From positions 124,001-188,000 of IMG/VR virus record IMGVR_UViG_3300046170_000519: a stretch of 64,000 nt of DNA, one strand, 5' to 3'. The notes beneath the pieces were generated by a model. That model was not told the DNA's origin and searched no databases. It saw only the letters and a list, made by a program, of their open reading frames with translations. The stretch's first letter is position 1. Each line of letters opens with the position of its first letter. This document shows positions 32,001 to 43,264 of this stretch, one piece after another. A program made the translations under genes and the position numbers.

Positions 32001-35000
32001 TTTCTGTCTCGGTCTGAGTCTGAGTTTCTGTCTCGGTCTGAGTCTGAGTTTGTGTTTCTGTTTCAGTCTGAGTTTGTGTTTCTGTCTCGGTCTGAGTCTG
32101 AGTCTGAGTTTCTGTCTCGGTCTGAGTCTGAGTTTCTGTTTCAGTCTGAGTCTGAGTTTCTGTCTCGGTCTGAGTCTGAGTCTGAGTTTCTGTCTCGGTC
32201 TGAGTCTGAGTTTCTGTCTCGGTCTGAGTTTGTGTTTCAGTCTGAGTCTCTGTTTCAGTCTCTGTTTCAGTCTGAGTCTGAGTTTGTGTTTCTGTCTCGG
32301 TCTGAGTCTGAGTTTCTGTCTCGGTCTGAGTCTGAGTTTGTGTTTCTGTTTCAGTCTGAGTTTGTGTTTCTGTCTCGGTCTGAGTCTGAGTTTCAGTAAA
32401 GGTATTTGTTTCAGTCTGAGTCTGAGTTTGTGTTTCTGTCTCGGTCTGAGTCTGAGTTTCTGTCTCGGTCTGAGTCTCAGTTTGTGTTTCTGTCTCGGTC
32501 TGAGTCTGAGTTTCTGTCTCGGTCTGAGTCTGAGTTTCTGTCTCGGTCTGAGTCTGAGTTTGTGTTTCTGTCTCGGTCTGAGTCTGAGTCTGAGTTTCTG
32601 TTTCAGTCTGAGTCTGAGTTTGTGTTTCTGTCTCGGTCTGAGTCTGAGTTTCAGTAAAGGTATTTGTTTCAGTCTGAGTCTGAGTCTGAGTTTGTGTTTC
32701 AGTAAAGGTATTTGTTTCAGTCTGAGTCTGAGTTTCTGTCTCGGTCTGAGTCTGAGTTTGTGTTTCTGTCTCGGTCTGAGTCTGAGTTTGTGTTTCTGTC
32801 TCGGTCTGAGTCTGAGTTTCTGTCTCGGTCTGAGTCTGAGTTTGTGTTTCTGTTTCAGTCTGAGTTTGTGTTTCTGTCTCGGTCTGAGTCTGAGTTTGTG
32901 TTTCTGTCTCGGTCTGAGTCTGAGTTTGTGTTTCTGTCTCGGTCTGAGTCTGAGTTTGTGTTTCAGTCTGAGTCTGAGTTTCTGTCTCGGTCTGAGTCTG
33001 AGTTTCTGTCTCGGTCTGAGTCTGAGTTTGTGTTTCAGTCTGAGTTTGTGTTTCTGTCTCGGTCTGAGTCTGAGTTTGTGTTTCAGTCTGAGTCTGAGTT
33101 TCTGTTTCAGTCTGAGTCTGAGTTTCTGTTTCAGTCTGAGTCTGAGTTTCTGTCTCGGTCTGAGTCTGAGTTTCTGTCTCGGTCTGAGTCTGAGTTTCTG
33201 TCTCGGTCTGAGTCTGAGTCTGAGTCTGAGTTTCTGTCTCGGTCTGAGTCTGAGTTTGTGTTTCAGTAAAGGTATTTGTTTCAGTCTGAGTCTGAGTTTC
33301 TGTTTCAGTCTGAGTCTGAGTCTGAGTTTGTGTTTCAGTAAAGGTATTTGTTTCAGTCTGAGTCTGAGTTTGTGTTTCTGTCTCGGTCTGAGTCTGAGTT
33401 TCTGTCTCGGTCTGAGTCTGAGTTTCTGTTTCAGTCTGAGTCTGAGTTTCTGTCTCGGTCTGAGTCTGAGTTTCTGTTTCAGTCTGAGTCTGAGTTTCTG
33501 TCTCGGTCTGAGTCTGAGTCTGAGTTTCTGTCTCGGTCTGAGTCTGAGTCTGAGTTTCTGTCTCGGTCTGAGTCTGAGTTTGTGTTTCAGTCTGAGTCTG
33601 AGTTTGTGTCTCGGTCTGAGTCTGAGTCTGAGTTTCTGTTTCAGTCTGAGTCTGAGTTTGTGTTTCAGTCTGAGTCTGAGTTTCTGTTTCAGTCTGAGTC
33701 TGAGTTTCTGTCTCGGTCTGAGTCTGAGTTTCTGTCTCGGTCTGAGTCTGAGTTTCTGTCTCGGTCTGAGTCTGAGTCTGAGTTTGTGTTTCAGTAAAGG
33801 TATTTGTTTCAGTCTGAGTCTGAGTTTCTGTTTCAGTCTGAGTCTGAGTTTCAGTAAAGGTATTTGTTTCAGTCTGAGTCTCTGTTTCAGTCTCTGTCTC
33901 GGTCTGAGTTTGTGTTTCAGTCTGAGTCTGAGTTTCTGTTTCAGTCTGAGTCTGAGTTTCTGTTTCAGTCTGAGTCTGAGTTTCAGTAAAGGTATTTGTT
34001 TCAGTCTGAGTCTGAGTTTGTGTTTCTGTCTCGGTCTGAGTCTGAGTTTGTGTTTCTGTCTCGGTCTGAGTCTGAGTCTGAGTTTCTGTTTCAGTCTGAG
34101 TCTGAGTTTGTGTTTCTGTCTCGGTCTGAGTCTGAGTTTCAGTAACTGAGTTTCTGTCTCGGTCTGAGTCTGAGTCTGAGTTTGTGTTTCAGTAAAGGTA
34201 TTTGTTTCAGTCTGAGTCTGAGTTTCTGTCTCGGTCTGAGTCTGAGTTTGTGTTTCTGTCTCGGTCTGAGTCTGAGTTTGTGTTTCTGTCTCGGTCTGAG
34301 TCTGAGTTTGTGTTTCTGTCTCGGTCTGAGTCTGAGTTTGTGTTTCTGTCTCGGTCTGAGTCTGAGTTTGTGTTTCTGTCTCGGTCTGAGTCTGAGTTTC
34401 TGTCTCGGTCTGAGTCTGAGTTTGTGTTTCAGTCTGAGTTTGTGTTTCTGTCTCGGTCTGAGTTTGTGTTTCTGTCTCGGTCTGAGTCTGAGTTTCTGTC
34501 TCGGTCTGAGTCTGAGTTTGTGTTTCAGTCTGAGTCTGAGTTTGTGTTTCAGTCTGAGTCTGAGTTTGTGTTTCAGTCTGAGTCTGAGTTTGTGTTTCAG
34601 TCTGAGTCTGAGTTTCAGTAAAGGTATTTGTTTCAGTCTGAGTCTCTGTTTCAGTCTCTGTCTCGGTCTGAGTTTGTGTTTCAGTAAAGGTATTTGTTTC
34701 AGTCTGAGTCTGAGTTTCTGTCTCGGTCTGAGTCTGGGTTTCTGTCTCGGTCTGAGTCTGAGTTTCTGTTTCAGTCTGAGTCTGAGTTTGTGTTTCAGTC
34801 TGAGTCTGAGTTTCTGTTTCAGTCTGAGTCTGAGTTTCTGTTTCAGTCTGAGTCTGAGTTTCAGTAAAGGTATTTGTTTCAGTCTGAGTCTGAGTTTCTG
34901 TTTCAGTCTGAGTCTGAGTCTGAGTTTGTGTTTCAGTAAAGGTATTTGTTTCAGTCTGAGTCTGAGTTTGTGTTTCTGTCTCGGTCTGAGTCTGAGTTTC

Positions 35001-38000
35001 TGTCTCGGTCTGAGTCTGAGTTTCTGTTTCAGTCTGAGTCTGAGTTTCTGTCTCGGTCTGAGTCTGAGTTTCTGTTTCAGTCTGAGTCTGAGTTTCTGTC
35101 TCGGTCTGAGTCTGAGTCTGAGTTTCTGTCTCGGAGTCTGAGTCTGAGTTTCTGTCTCGGTCTGAGTCTGAGTTTGTGTTTCAGTCTGAGTCTGAGTTTG
35201 TGTCTCGGTCTGAGTCTGAGTCTGAGTTTCTGTTTCAGTCTGAGTCTGAGTTTGTGTTTCAGTCTGAGTCTGAGTTTCTGTTTCAGTCTGAGTCTGAGTT
35301 TCTGTCTCGGTCTGAGTCTGAGTTTCTGTCTCGGTCTGAGTCTGAGTTTCTGTCTCGGTCTGAGTCTGAGTCTGAGTTTGTGTTTCAGTAAAGGTATTTG
35401 TTTCAGTCTGAGTCTGAGTTTCTGTTTCAGTCTGAGTCTGAGTTTCAGTAAAGGTATTTGTTTCAGTCTGAGTCTCTGTTTCAGTCTCTGTCTCGGTCTG
35501 AGTTTGTGTTTCAGTAAAGGTATTTGTTTCAGTCTGAGTCTGAGTTTCTGTCTCGGTCTGAGTCTGGGTTTCTGTCTCGGTCTGAGTCTGAGTTTCTGTT
35601 TCAGTCTGAGTCTGAGTTTGTGTTTCAGTCTGAGTCTGAGTTTCTGTTTCAGTCTGAGTCTGAGTTTCTGTTTCAGTCTGAGTCTGAGTTTCAGTAAAGG
35701 TATTTGTTTCAGTCTGAGTCTGAGTTTGTGTTTCAGTCTGAGTCTGAGTTTGTGTTTCAGTCTGAGTCTGAGTTTGTGTTTCAGTCTGAGTCTGAGTTTC
35801 TGTCTCGGTCTGAGTCTGAGTTTCTGTCTCGGTCTGAGTCTGAGTTTCTGTCTCGGTCTGAGTCTGAGTCTGAGTTTCTGTCTCGGTCTGAGTCTGAGTC
35901 TCTGTTTCAGTCTGAGTCTGAGTTTGTGTTTCAGTCTGAGTCTGAGTTTCTGTTTCAGTCTGAGTCTGAGTTTCTGTCTCGGTCTGAGTCTGAGTTTCTG
36001 TCTCGGTCTGAGTCTGAGTTTCTGTCTCGGTCTGAGTCTGAGTCTGAGTTTGTGTTTCAGTAAAGGTATTTGTTTCAGTCTGAGTCTGAGTTTCTGTCTC
36101 GGTCTGAGTCTGAGTTTGTGTTTCTGTCTCGGTCTGAGTCTGAGTTTGTGTTTCTGTCTCGGTCTGAGTCTGAGTTTGTGTTTCTGTCTCGGTCTGAGTC
36201 TGAGTTTGTGTTTCTGTCTCGGTCTGAGTCTGAGTTTCTGTCTCGGTCTGAGTCTGAGTTTGTGTTTCAGTCTGAGTTTGTGTTTCTGTCTCGGTCTGAG
36301 TTTGTGTTTCTGTCTCGGTCTGAGTCTGAGTTTCTGTCTCGGTCTGAGTCTGAGTTTGTGTTTCAGTCTGAGTCTGAGTTTGTGTTTCAGTCTGAGTCTG
36401 AGTTTGTGTTTCAGTCTGAGTCTGAGTTTGTGTTTCAGTCTGAGTCTGAGTTTCAGTAAAGGTATTTGTTTCAGTCTGAGTCTCTGTTTCAGTCTCTGTC
36501 TCGGTCTGAGTTTGTGTTTCAGTAAAGGTATTTGTTTCAGTCTGAGTCTGAGTTTCTGTCTCGGTCTGAGTCTGGGTTTCTGTCTCGGTCTGAGTCTGAG
36601 TTTCTGTTTCAGTCTGAGTCTGAGTTTGTGTTTCAGTCTGAGTCTGAGTTTCTGTTTCAGTCTGAGTCTGAGTTTCTGTTTCAGTCTGAGTCTGAGTTTC
36701 AGTAAAGGTATTTGTTTCAGTCTGAGTCTGAGTTTCTGTCTCGGTCTGAGTCTGAGTTTGTGTTTGAGTCTGAGTCTGAGTTTCTGTCTCGGTCTGAGTC
36801 TGAGTTTGTGTTTCAGTCTGAGTCTGAGTCTCTGTTTCAGTCTGAGTCTGAGTTTCTGTCTCGGTCTGAGTCTGGGTTTCTGTCTCGGTCTGAGTCTGAG
36901 TCTCTGTTTCAGTCTGAGTCTGAGTTTCTGTCTCGGTCTGAGTCTGAGTTTGTGTTTCTGTCTCGGTCTGAGTCTGAGTTTGTGTTTCTGTCTCGGTCTG
37001 AGTCTGAGTTTGTGTTTCTGTTTCAGTCTGAGTTTCTGTCTCGGTCTGAGTCTGAGTTTCTGTCTCGGTCTGAGTCTGAGTTTCTGTCTCGGTCTGAGTC
37101 TGAGTTTCTGTCTCGGTCTGAGTTTCTGTCTCGGTCTGAGTCTGAGTTTGTGTTTCTGTCTCGGTCTGAGTCTGAGTTTGTGTTTCGGTCTGAGTCTGAG
37201 TTTGTGTTTCTGTTTCAGTCTGAGTTTGTGTTTCAGTCTGAGTCTGAGTTTCTGTCTCGGTCTGAGTCTGAGTTTGTGTTTCTGTTTCAGTCTGAGTTTG
37301 TGTTTCTGTCTCGGTCTGAGTCTGAGTTTGTGTTTCTGTCTCGGTCTGAGTCTGAGTTTGTGTTTCTGTCTCGGTCTGAGTCTGAGTTTGTGTTTCTGTC
37401 TCGGTCTGAGTCTGAGTTTGTGTTTCTGTCTCGGTCTGAGTCTGAGTTTGTGTTTCTGTCTCGGTCTGAGTCCGAGTTTGTGTTTCTGTTTCAGTCTGAG
37501 TTTCTGTCTCGGTCTGAGTTTCTGTCTCGGTCTGAGTCTGAGTTTGTGTTTCTGTCTCGGTCTGAGTCTGAGTTTCTGTCTCGGTCTGAGTCTGAGTTTG
37601 TGTTTCTGTTTCAGTCTGAGTTTGTGTTTCAGTCTGAGTCTGAGTTTCTGTCTCGGTCTGAGTCTGAGTTTGTGTTTCTGTTTCAGTCTGAGTTTGTGTT
37701 TCTGTCTCGGTCTGAGTCTGAGTTTCTGTCTCGGTCTGAGTCTGAGTTTGTGTTTCTGTTTCAGTCTGAGTTTGTGTTTCTGTCTCGGTCTGAGTCTGAG
37801 TTTCTGTCTCGGTCTGAGTCTGAGTTTGTGTTTCTGTTTCAGTCTGAGTTTGTGTTTCTGTCTCGGTCTGAGTCTGAGTCTGAGTTTCTGTCTCGGTCTG
37901 AGTCTGAGTTTCTGTTTCAGTCTGAGTCTGAGTTTCTGTCTCGGTCTGAGTCTGAGTCTGAGTTTCTGTCTCGGTCTGAGTCTGAGTTTCTGTCTCGGTC

Positions 38001-40744
38001 TGAGTTTGTGTTTCAGTCTGAGTCTCTGTTTCAGTCTCTGTTTCAGTCTGAGTCTGAGTTTGTGTTTCTGTCTCGGTCTGAGTCTGAGTTTCTGTCTCGG
38101 TCTGAGTCTGAGTTTGTGTTTCTGTTTCAGTCTGAGTTTGTGTTTCTGTCTCGGTCTGAGTCTGAGTTTCAGTAAAGGTATTTGTTTCAGTCTGAGTCTG
38201 AGTTTGTGTTTCTGTCTCGGTCTGAGTCTGAGTTTCTGTCTCGGTCTGAGTCTCAGTTTGTGTTTCTGTCTCGGTCTGAGTCTGAGTTTCTGTCTCGGTC
38301 TGAGTCTGAGTTTGTGTTTCTGTCTCGGTCTGAGTCTGAGTTTGTGTTTCTGTCTCGGTCTGAGTCTGAGTTTGTGTTTCAGTCTGAGTCTGAGTTTCTG
38401 TCTCGGTCTGAGTCTGAGTTTCTGTCTCGGTCTGAGTCTGAGTTTGTGTTTCAGTCTGAGTTTGTGTTTCTGTCTCGGTCTGAGTCTGAGTTTGTGTTTC
38501 AGTCTGAGTCTGAGTTTCTGTTTCAGTCTGAGTCTGAGTTTCTGTTTCAGTCTGAGTCTGAGTTTCTGTCTCGGTCTGAGTCTGAGTTTCTGTCTCGGTC
38601 TGAGTCTGAGTTTCTGTCTCGGTCTGAGTCTGAGTCTGAGTCTGAGTTTCTGTCTCGGTCTGAGTCTGAGTTTGTGTTTCAGTAAAGGTATTTGTTTCAG
38701 TCTGAGTCTGAGTTTCTGTTTCAGTCTGAGTCTGAGTCTGAGTTTGTGTTTCAGTAAAGGTATTTGTTTCAGTCTGAGTCTGAGTTTCTGTCTCGGTCTG
38801 AGTCTGAGTTTCTGTCTCGGTCTGAGTCTGAGTTTCTGTCTCGGTCTGAGTCTGAGTCTGAGTCTGAGTTTCTGTCTCGGTCTGAGTCTGAGTTTGTGTT
38901 TCAGTAAAGGTATTTGTTTCAGTCTGAGTCTGAGTTTCTGTTTCAGTCTGAGTCTGAGTCTGAGTTTGTGTTTCAGTAAAGGTATTTGTTTCAGTCTGAG
39001 TCTGAGTTTCTGTCTCGGTCTGAGTCTGAGTTTGTGTTTCTGTCTCGGTCTGAGTCTGAGTTTCTGTCTCGGTCTGAGTCTGAGTTTCTGTTTCAGTCTG
39101 AGTCTGAGTTTCTGTCTCGGTCTGAGTCTGAGTTTCTGTTTCAGTCTGAGTCTGAGTTTCTGTCTCGGTCTGAGTCTGAGTCTGAGTTTCTGTCTCGGTC
39201 TGAGTCTGAGTCTGAGTTTCTGTCTCGGTCTGAGTCTGAGTTTGTGTTTCAGTCTGAGTCTGAGTTTGTGTCTCGGTCTGAGTCTGAGTCTGAGTTTCTG
39301 TTTCAGTCTGAGTCTGAGTTTCTGTTTCAGTCTGAGTCTGAGTTTCTGTCTCGGTCTGAGTCTGAGTTTCTGTCTCGGTCTGAGTCTGAGTTTCTGTCTC
39401 GGTCTGAGTCTGAGTCTGAGTTTCTGTCTCGGTCTGAGTCTGAGTCTGAGTTTGTGTTTCAGTCTGAGTCTGAGTTTCTGTTTCAGTCTGAGTCTGAGTC
39501 TGAGTTTGTGTTTCAGTAAAGGTATTTGTTTCAGTCTGAGTCTGAGTTTCTGTTTCAGTCTGAGTCTGAGTCTGAGTTTGTGTTTCAGTAAAGGTATTTG
39601 TTTCAGTCTGAGTCTGAGTTTCTGTCTCGGTCTGAGTCTGAGTCTGAGTTTCTGTTTCAGTCTGAGTCTGAGTTTCTGTCTCGGTCTGAGTCTGAGTTTC
39701 TGTTTCAGTCTGAGTCTGAGTTTCTGTCTCGGTCTGAGTCTGAGTTTCTGTCTCGGTCTGAGTCTGAGTTTCTGTCTCGGTCTGAGTCTGAGTTTCTGTC
39801 TCGGTCTGAGTCTGAGTTTGTGTTTCTGTTTCAGTCTGAGTTTGTGTTTCTGTCTCGGTCTGAGTCTGAGTTTGTGTTTCAGTCTGAGTCTGAGTTTGTG
39901 TTTCAGTCTGAGTCTGAGTTTGTGTTTCAGTCTGAGTCTGAGTTTCTGTCTCGGTCTGAGTCTGAGTTTCTGTCTCGGTCTGAGTCTGAGTTTCTGTCTC
40001 GGTCTGAGTCTGAGTCTGAGTTTCTGTCTCGGTCTGAGTCTGAGTCTGAGTTTCTGTTTCAGTCTGAGTCTGAGTTTGTGTTTCAGTCTGAGTCTGAGTT
40101 TCTGTTTCAGTCTGAGTCTGAGTCTGAGTTTCTGTTTCAGTCTGAGTCTGAGTTTCTGTCTCGGTCTGAGTCTGAGTCTGAGTTTCTGTCTCGGTCTGAG
40201 TCTGAGTTTGTGTTTCAGTCTGAGTCTGAGTTTCTGTTTCAGTCTGAGTCTGAGTCTGAGTTTGTGTTTCAGTAAAGGTATTTGTTTCAGTCTGAGTCTG
40301 AGTTTCTGTCTCGGTCTGAGTCTGAGTTTCTGTCTCGGTCTGAGTCTGAGTTTGTGTTTCTGTCTCGGTCTGAGTCTGAGTTTCTGTTTCAGTCTGAGTC
40401 TGAGTTTCTGTCTCGGTCTGAGTCTGAGTTTCTGTTTCAGTCTGAGTTTGTGTTTCTGTTTCAGTCTGAGTCTCTGTTTGAGTCTGAGTACCAGTTTCTG
40501 TTTCAGTAAATGTGCTTGTCTGAGTCTCCGTTTCAGTATAAGTTACTGTAGGAGTATATGTATATGTTTGAGTCTGAGTCTCCGTTTCAGTATAAGTTAC
40601 TGTAGGAGTATATGTATATGTTTGAGTCTGAGTCTCCGTTTCAGTATAAGTTACTGTAGGAGTATATGTATATGTATCAGTATAAGTACTAGTTTCAGTC
40701 GGAGGAGACTGTATTAATTTTGAGCGTGCAAATACCGATAACAT
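20079..40744 (-). CDS. giant (Thr-Glu/Thr-Gln)n stalk protein, ~6,890 aa if restored, interrupted by about 6 indels as assembled; ~470-aa Cys-containing C-terminal region
   Basis: The 319-aa ORF frame continues upstream without a stop through 21039-21693 (...[21 protein letters not shown]...[15 protein letters not shown]). The Thr-X frame changes at ~25480, 30123, 30166, 30210, 34150 and 35134. Confidence 0.85.
21480..40510 (-). repeat. ~19-kb coding minisatellite built from 6-bp dipeptide units with kb-scale higher-order repeats
   Basis: Almost entirely ACTCAG, ACCGAG, ACAGAA, ACACAA, ACTGAA and ACAAATACCTTT units; identical blocks recur (e.g. 22901/27499, 28075/36070). Confidence 0.97.
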
Positions 40745-40755
40745 AGTACATAGCC

Positions 40756-41703
40756 CTAGCCTTTGACTTTGAATGTTGCAGTGTATCCAAGATTACCCGC
40801 TCCAAACTTAGGTGATTGAGATAAATATAAAGTAGCTCCCTCTACTAAAGTTAAAGGAGAGGTGAAATCAGATTTTGAGTTTTTTTCATCTAATGGGTGT
40901 GTCCATGATTTTTCTGATTTTGTTCCATCTGCAGCTGATTGATTTAATGTTATTGTTGATTCTGTATTAGAACCTCCTGTTGTAAATATAGAAGCTGTAA
41001 CACTTAAAACTTTTTTGTTATGCCAGGAGGAGGGGACAACTATGATTGCATCTTCAAAATTAAAATTATCAATAAGTTCAGAAGCTGGAACATTATTTAT
41101 TGCAAAATACTCTTCTTCATTGGGGTATTTTTTCCAATTAGCTTCATCACGAGTCCAGACTCCGCCGTTTCCGTTTGATTCACCTTCTACTTTATGATTA
41201 ATCCAAGCATTTATTAAAGCTTGTGAAGGAGCATTATCCCCAGAAACTTGAGCATTGTACTGAGTAACAGAGATATCTCCAACAGCTGCATTATATAAAG
41301 TTTCATAATCATCAATCATAAATTGATAAGACTGGTTTTTCTCTATTACATAGACTACCATGCCTAATTTTAAACGACCAGAACTCATTAAATCTCTGTT
41401 TAGCTCTAATAAAGCAGGAGTAGTTATTATTTCAACACAGGGAGGGACCTCATTCCTGTTACAGCTTCTTGGAACTTCTTCTGTTCCACCAGGTGTATAT
41501 ATTAATGGTATAAAATTAAGAGGATCATCAAGTGGAATGCCTGTGACTCCATTAGTAGTACTATAAGTAATATTGTTTAAATGATAATATTCTTGTAAAC
41601 CACCAATGAGAGATGTCCCAGAAGTTACTCCAGTTTGAGAACTCATGGAAAAAGAATCTGCAACTTGTTTTGCTGTTAAATGTATGTGATCTGAAAAACT
41701 CAT
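40756..41703 (-). CDS. hypothetical structural protein with tail-fibre-type RLKLGMVVYVIE motif
   Basis: 315 aa; LMSSGRLKLGMVVYVIEKNQSYQF resembles a motif recurrent in phage tail-fibre N-termini; operon with the stalk genes. Confidence 0.6.
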   Translation of the reverse strand: MSFSDHIHLTAKQVADSFSMSSQTGVTSGTSLIGGLQEYYHLNNITYSTTNGVTGIPLDDPLNFIPLIYTPGGTEEVPRSCNRNEVPPCVEIITTPALLELNRDLMSSGRLKLGMVVYVIEKNQSYQFMIDDYETLYNAAVGDISVTQYNAQVSGDNAPSQALINAWINHKVEGESNGNGGVWTRDEANWKKYPNEEEYFAINNVPASELIDNFNFEDAIIVVPSSWHNKKVLSVTASIFTTGGSNTESTITLNQSAADGTKSEKSWTHPLDEKNSKSDFTSPLTLVEGATLYLSQSPKFGAGNLGYTATFKVKG

Positions 41704-41712
41704 AGCTTTATA

Positions 41713-43239
41713 TTATTTTGAAACAGCTCTCCATTTTACTCTATCGTTGCCACTATTATCAAAAGCAAAAGAGTTAGTCGATCTGTTGCCGTAAGTAGAA
41801 TAAACTTTATAAATCGTTCCATTAAAACTTACGTTATGAGAAGAAAGCACTGAGTCTGGTGATAATGTTGTGTCAACACCATTGATCGTTTTGATTATAT
41901 CAAAATTTGGAGATACATGATCAATAGGCAACCAGAAGCTGTAAATATATTTATTACCAGTTCCTTGAAAACAACCAGCGTTATTTCCGTAAGTGTTTTC
42001 TGGGATTGTAATTTCATTAAACAAACCGTCACCACTGAATTGATCAACGGGTATTTCTTGGAAGAAGCAAGATCCATAGACACTTGTACACTGTCCTGCA
42101 TAAGTTTCTCCACTGTAGCAAGTATTTTGGTTGTCAACAACACTTGTTATGTAATCAGCTAATTCAGAAGGTGAGTCTACACCATTAATTATAGTAAAAG
42201 ATTTTGCTGGTGAGACACTATTCGCGTTAAATAATTCCGCCCAGTCAAATGTAGAATAATCTGTTCCGCTAGCAAGAGGTTGCTCTGCTACTTTGTGAGG
42301 TTCAGCTATTAAGTAGCCAACAGCACTAGGATTAGTGCCGCCAGCTTCTGTTGGAGTGTTTGTTTCTGTCATAGTTTCTGTATTAGTTTGAGTCTGAGTT
42401 TCAGTCTGAGTTTGAGTTTCAGTCTGAGTTTGAGTTTCGGTTTCAGTTTGGGTAAATGAACCTGTTTCGGTCTGAGTTTGAGTTTCGGTCTGAGTTTGAG
42501 TTTCGGTCTGAGTTTGAGTTTCGGTTTCAGTTTGAGTTTCTGTTTCAGTTTGGGTAAATGAACCTGTTTCAGTCTGGGTCTGAGTTTCGGTCTGAGTTTG
42601 AGTTTCGGTCTGAGTTTGAGTTTCGGTTTCAGTTTGAGTCTCTGTTTCAGTTTGGGTAAATGAACCTGTTTCAGTCTGAGTCTGAGTTTCAGTATAAGTT
42701 TGAGTTTCTGTTTGGGTCTGAGTTTCTGTTTCAGTTTGGGTAAATGAGCCTGTTTCAGTCTGAGTTTGAGTTTCTGTATAAGTTTGAGTTTCTGTTTCAG
42801 TCTGAGTTTCTGTTTCAGTCTGAGTTTCTGTTTCAGTCTGAGTAAATGAACCTGTTTCAGTCTGAGTAAACGAACCTGTTTCAGTCTGAGTAAATGTAGA
42901 TGTATCTGTTTCCGTGAATGTAGGAGTTATTCCACAATGAGAAATTCTTTGATCAGAGGAGGTTGAGTAAGGGCTAACAAAAGCATGATTAATAGTTATT
43001 GATTTACCTTGTTGTAATTCAATATAATAAACTTTTCCGCATTCTAATTCTGAAAAAGATTGAGATGAACTAGCTGCAGCAATCCAAGATTTTGCAGACC
43101 CAGAATCATCAATTTGCCAAACCGTATTTATTTCAGATTTATGAGAATTAAGAGGAAAATTAGTACAACTAGATAGGCTTTGAGTTCCTGGACAGAAACC
43201 ATACCATATGAAGTTATATTTTTTATTTAAGAGGGCCAT
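41713..43239 (-). CDS. 508-aa Thr-X stalk protein with WYGxCP...LECGK N-terminal domain
   Basis: N-terminal domain, ~180-aa TETQ/TGSF stalk, distinct C-terminal domain; intact frame. Confidence 0.88.
   Translation of the reverse strand: MALLNKKYNFIWYGFCPGTQSLSSCTNFPLNSHKSEINTVWQIDDSGSAKSWIAAASSSQSFSELECGKVYYIELQQGKSITINHAFVSPYSTSSDQRISHCGITPTFTETDTSTFTQTETGSFTQTETGSFTQTETETQTETETQTETETQTYTETQTQTETGSFTQTETETQTQTETQTYTETQTQTETGSFTQTETETQTETETQTQTETQTQTETQTQTETGSFTQTETETQTETETQTQTETQTQTETQTQTETGSFTQTETETQTQTETQTQTETQTQTNTETMTETNTPTEAGGTNPSAVGYLIAEPHKVAEQPLASGTDYSTFDWAELFNANSVSPAKSFTIINGVDSPSELADYITSVVDNQNTCYSGETYAGQCTSVYGSCFFQEIPVDQFSGDGLFNEITIPENTYGNNAGCFQGTGNKYIYSFWLPIDHVSPNFDIIKTINGVDTTLSPDSVLSSHNVSFNGTIYKVYSTYGNRSTNSFAFDNSGNDRVKWRAVSK
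42365..42915 (-). repeat. Thr-X coding repeat (TETGSFTQ / TETQ)
   Basis: Low-complexity in-frame repeat. Confidence 0.9.
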
Positions 43240-43264
43240 TTTTCGAATAAATACTAAAAAAGAA

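Noticed and set aside
17430-40510. CRISPR array or non-coding satellite/telomeric repeat
   Set aside because: No constant repeat with unique spacers and no cas genes. The units are codon multiples that join unique coding ends in frame.
21693-40717. Long plus-strand ORFs (LSLCF..., FQSESE...) up to 1923 aa
   Set aside because: They are the antisense or shifted frames of the Thr-X repeat. The restricted codon set generates few stops, and they have no unique ends or promoters.
40742-40758. TAG readthrough (alternative genetic code) fusing the 315-aa gene to the giant gene
   Set aside because: Different frames, and readthrough hits TAA after 13 codons. Conserved enzymes are full-length under code 11.
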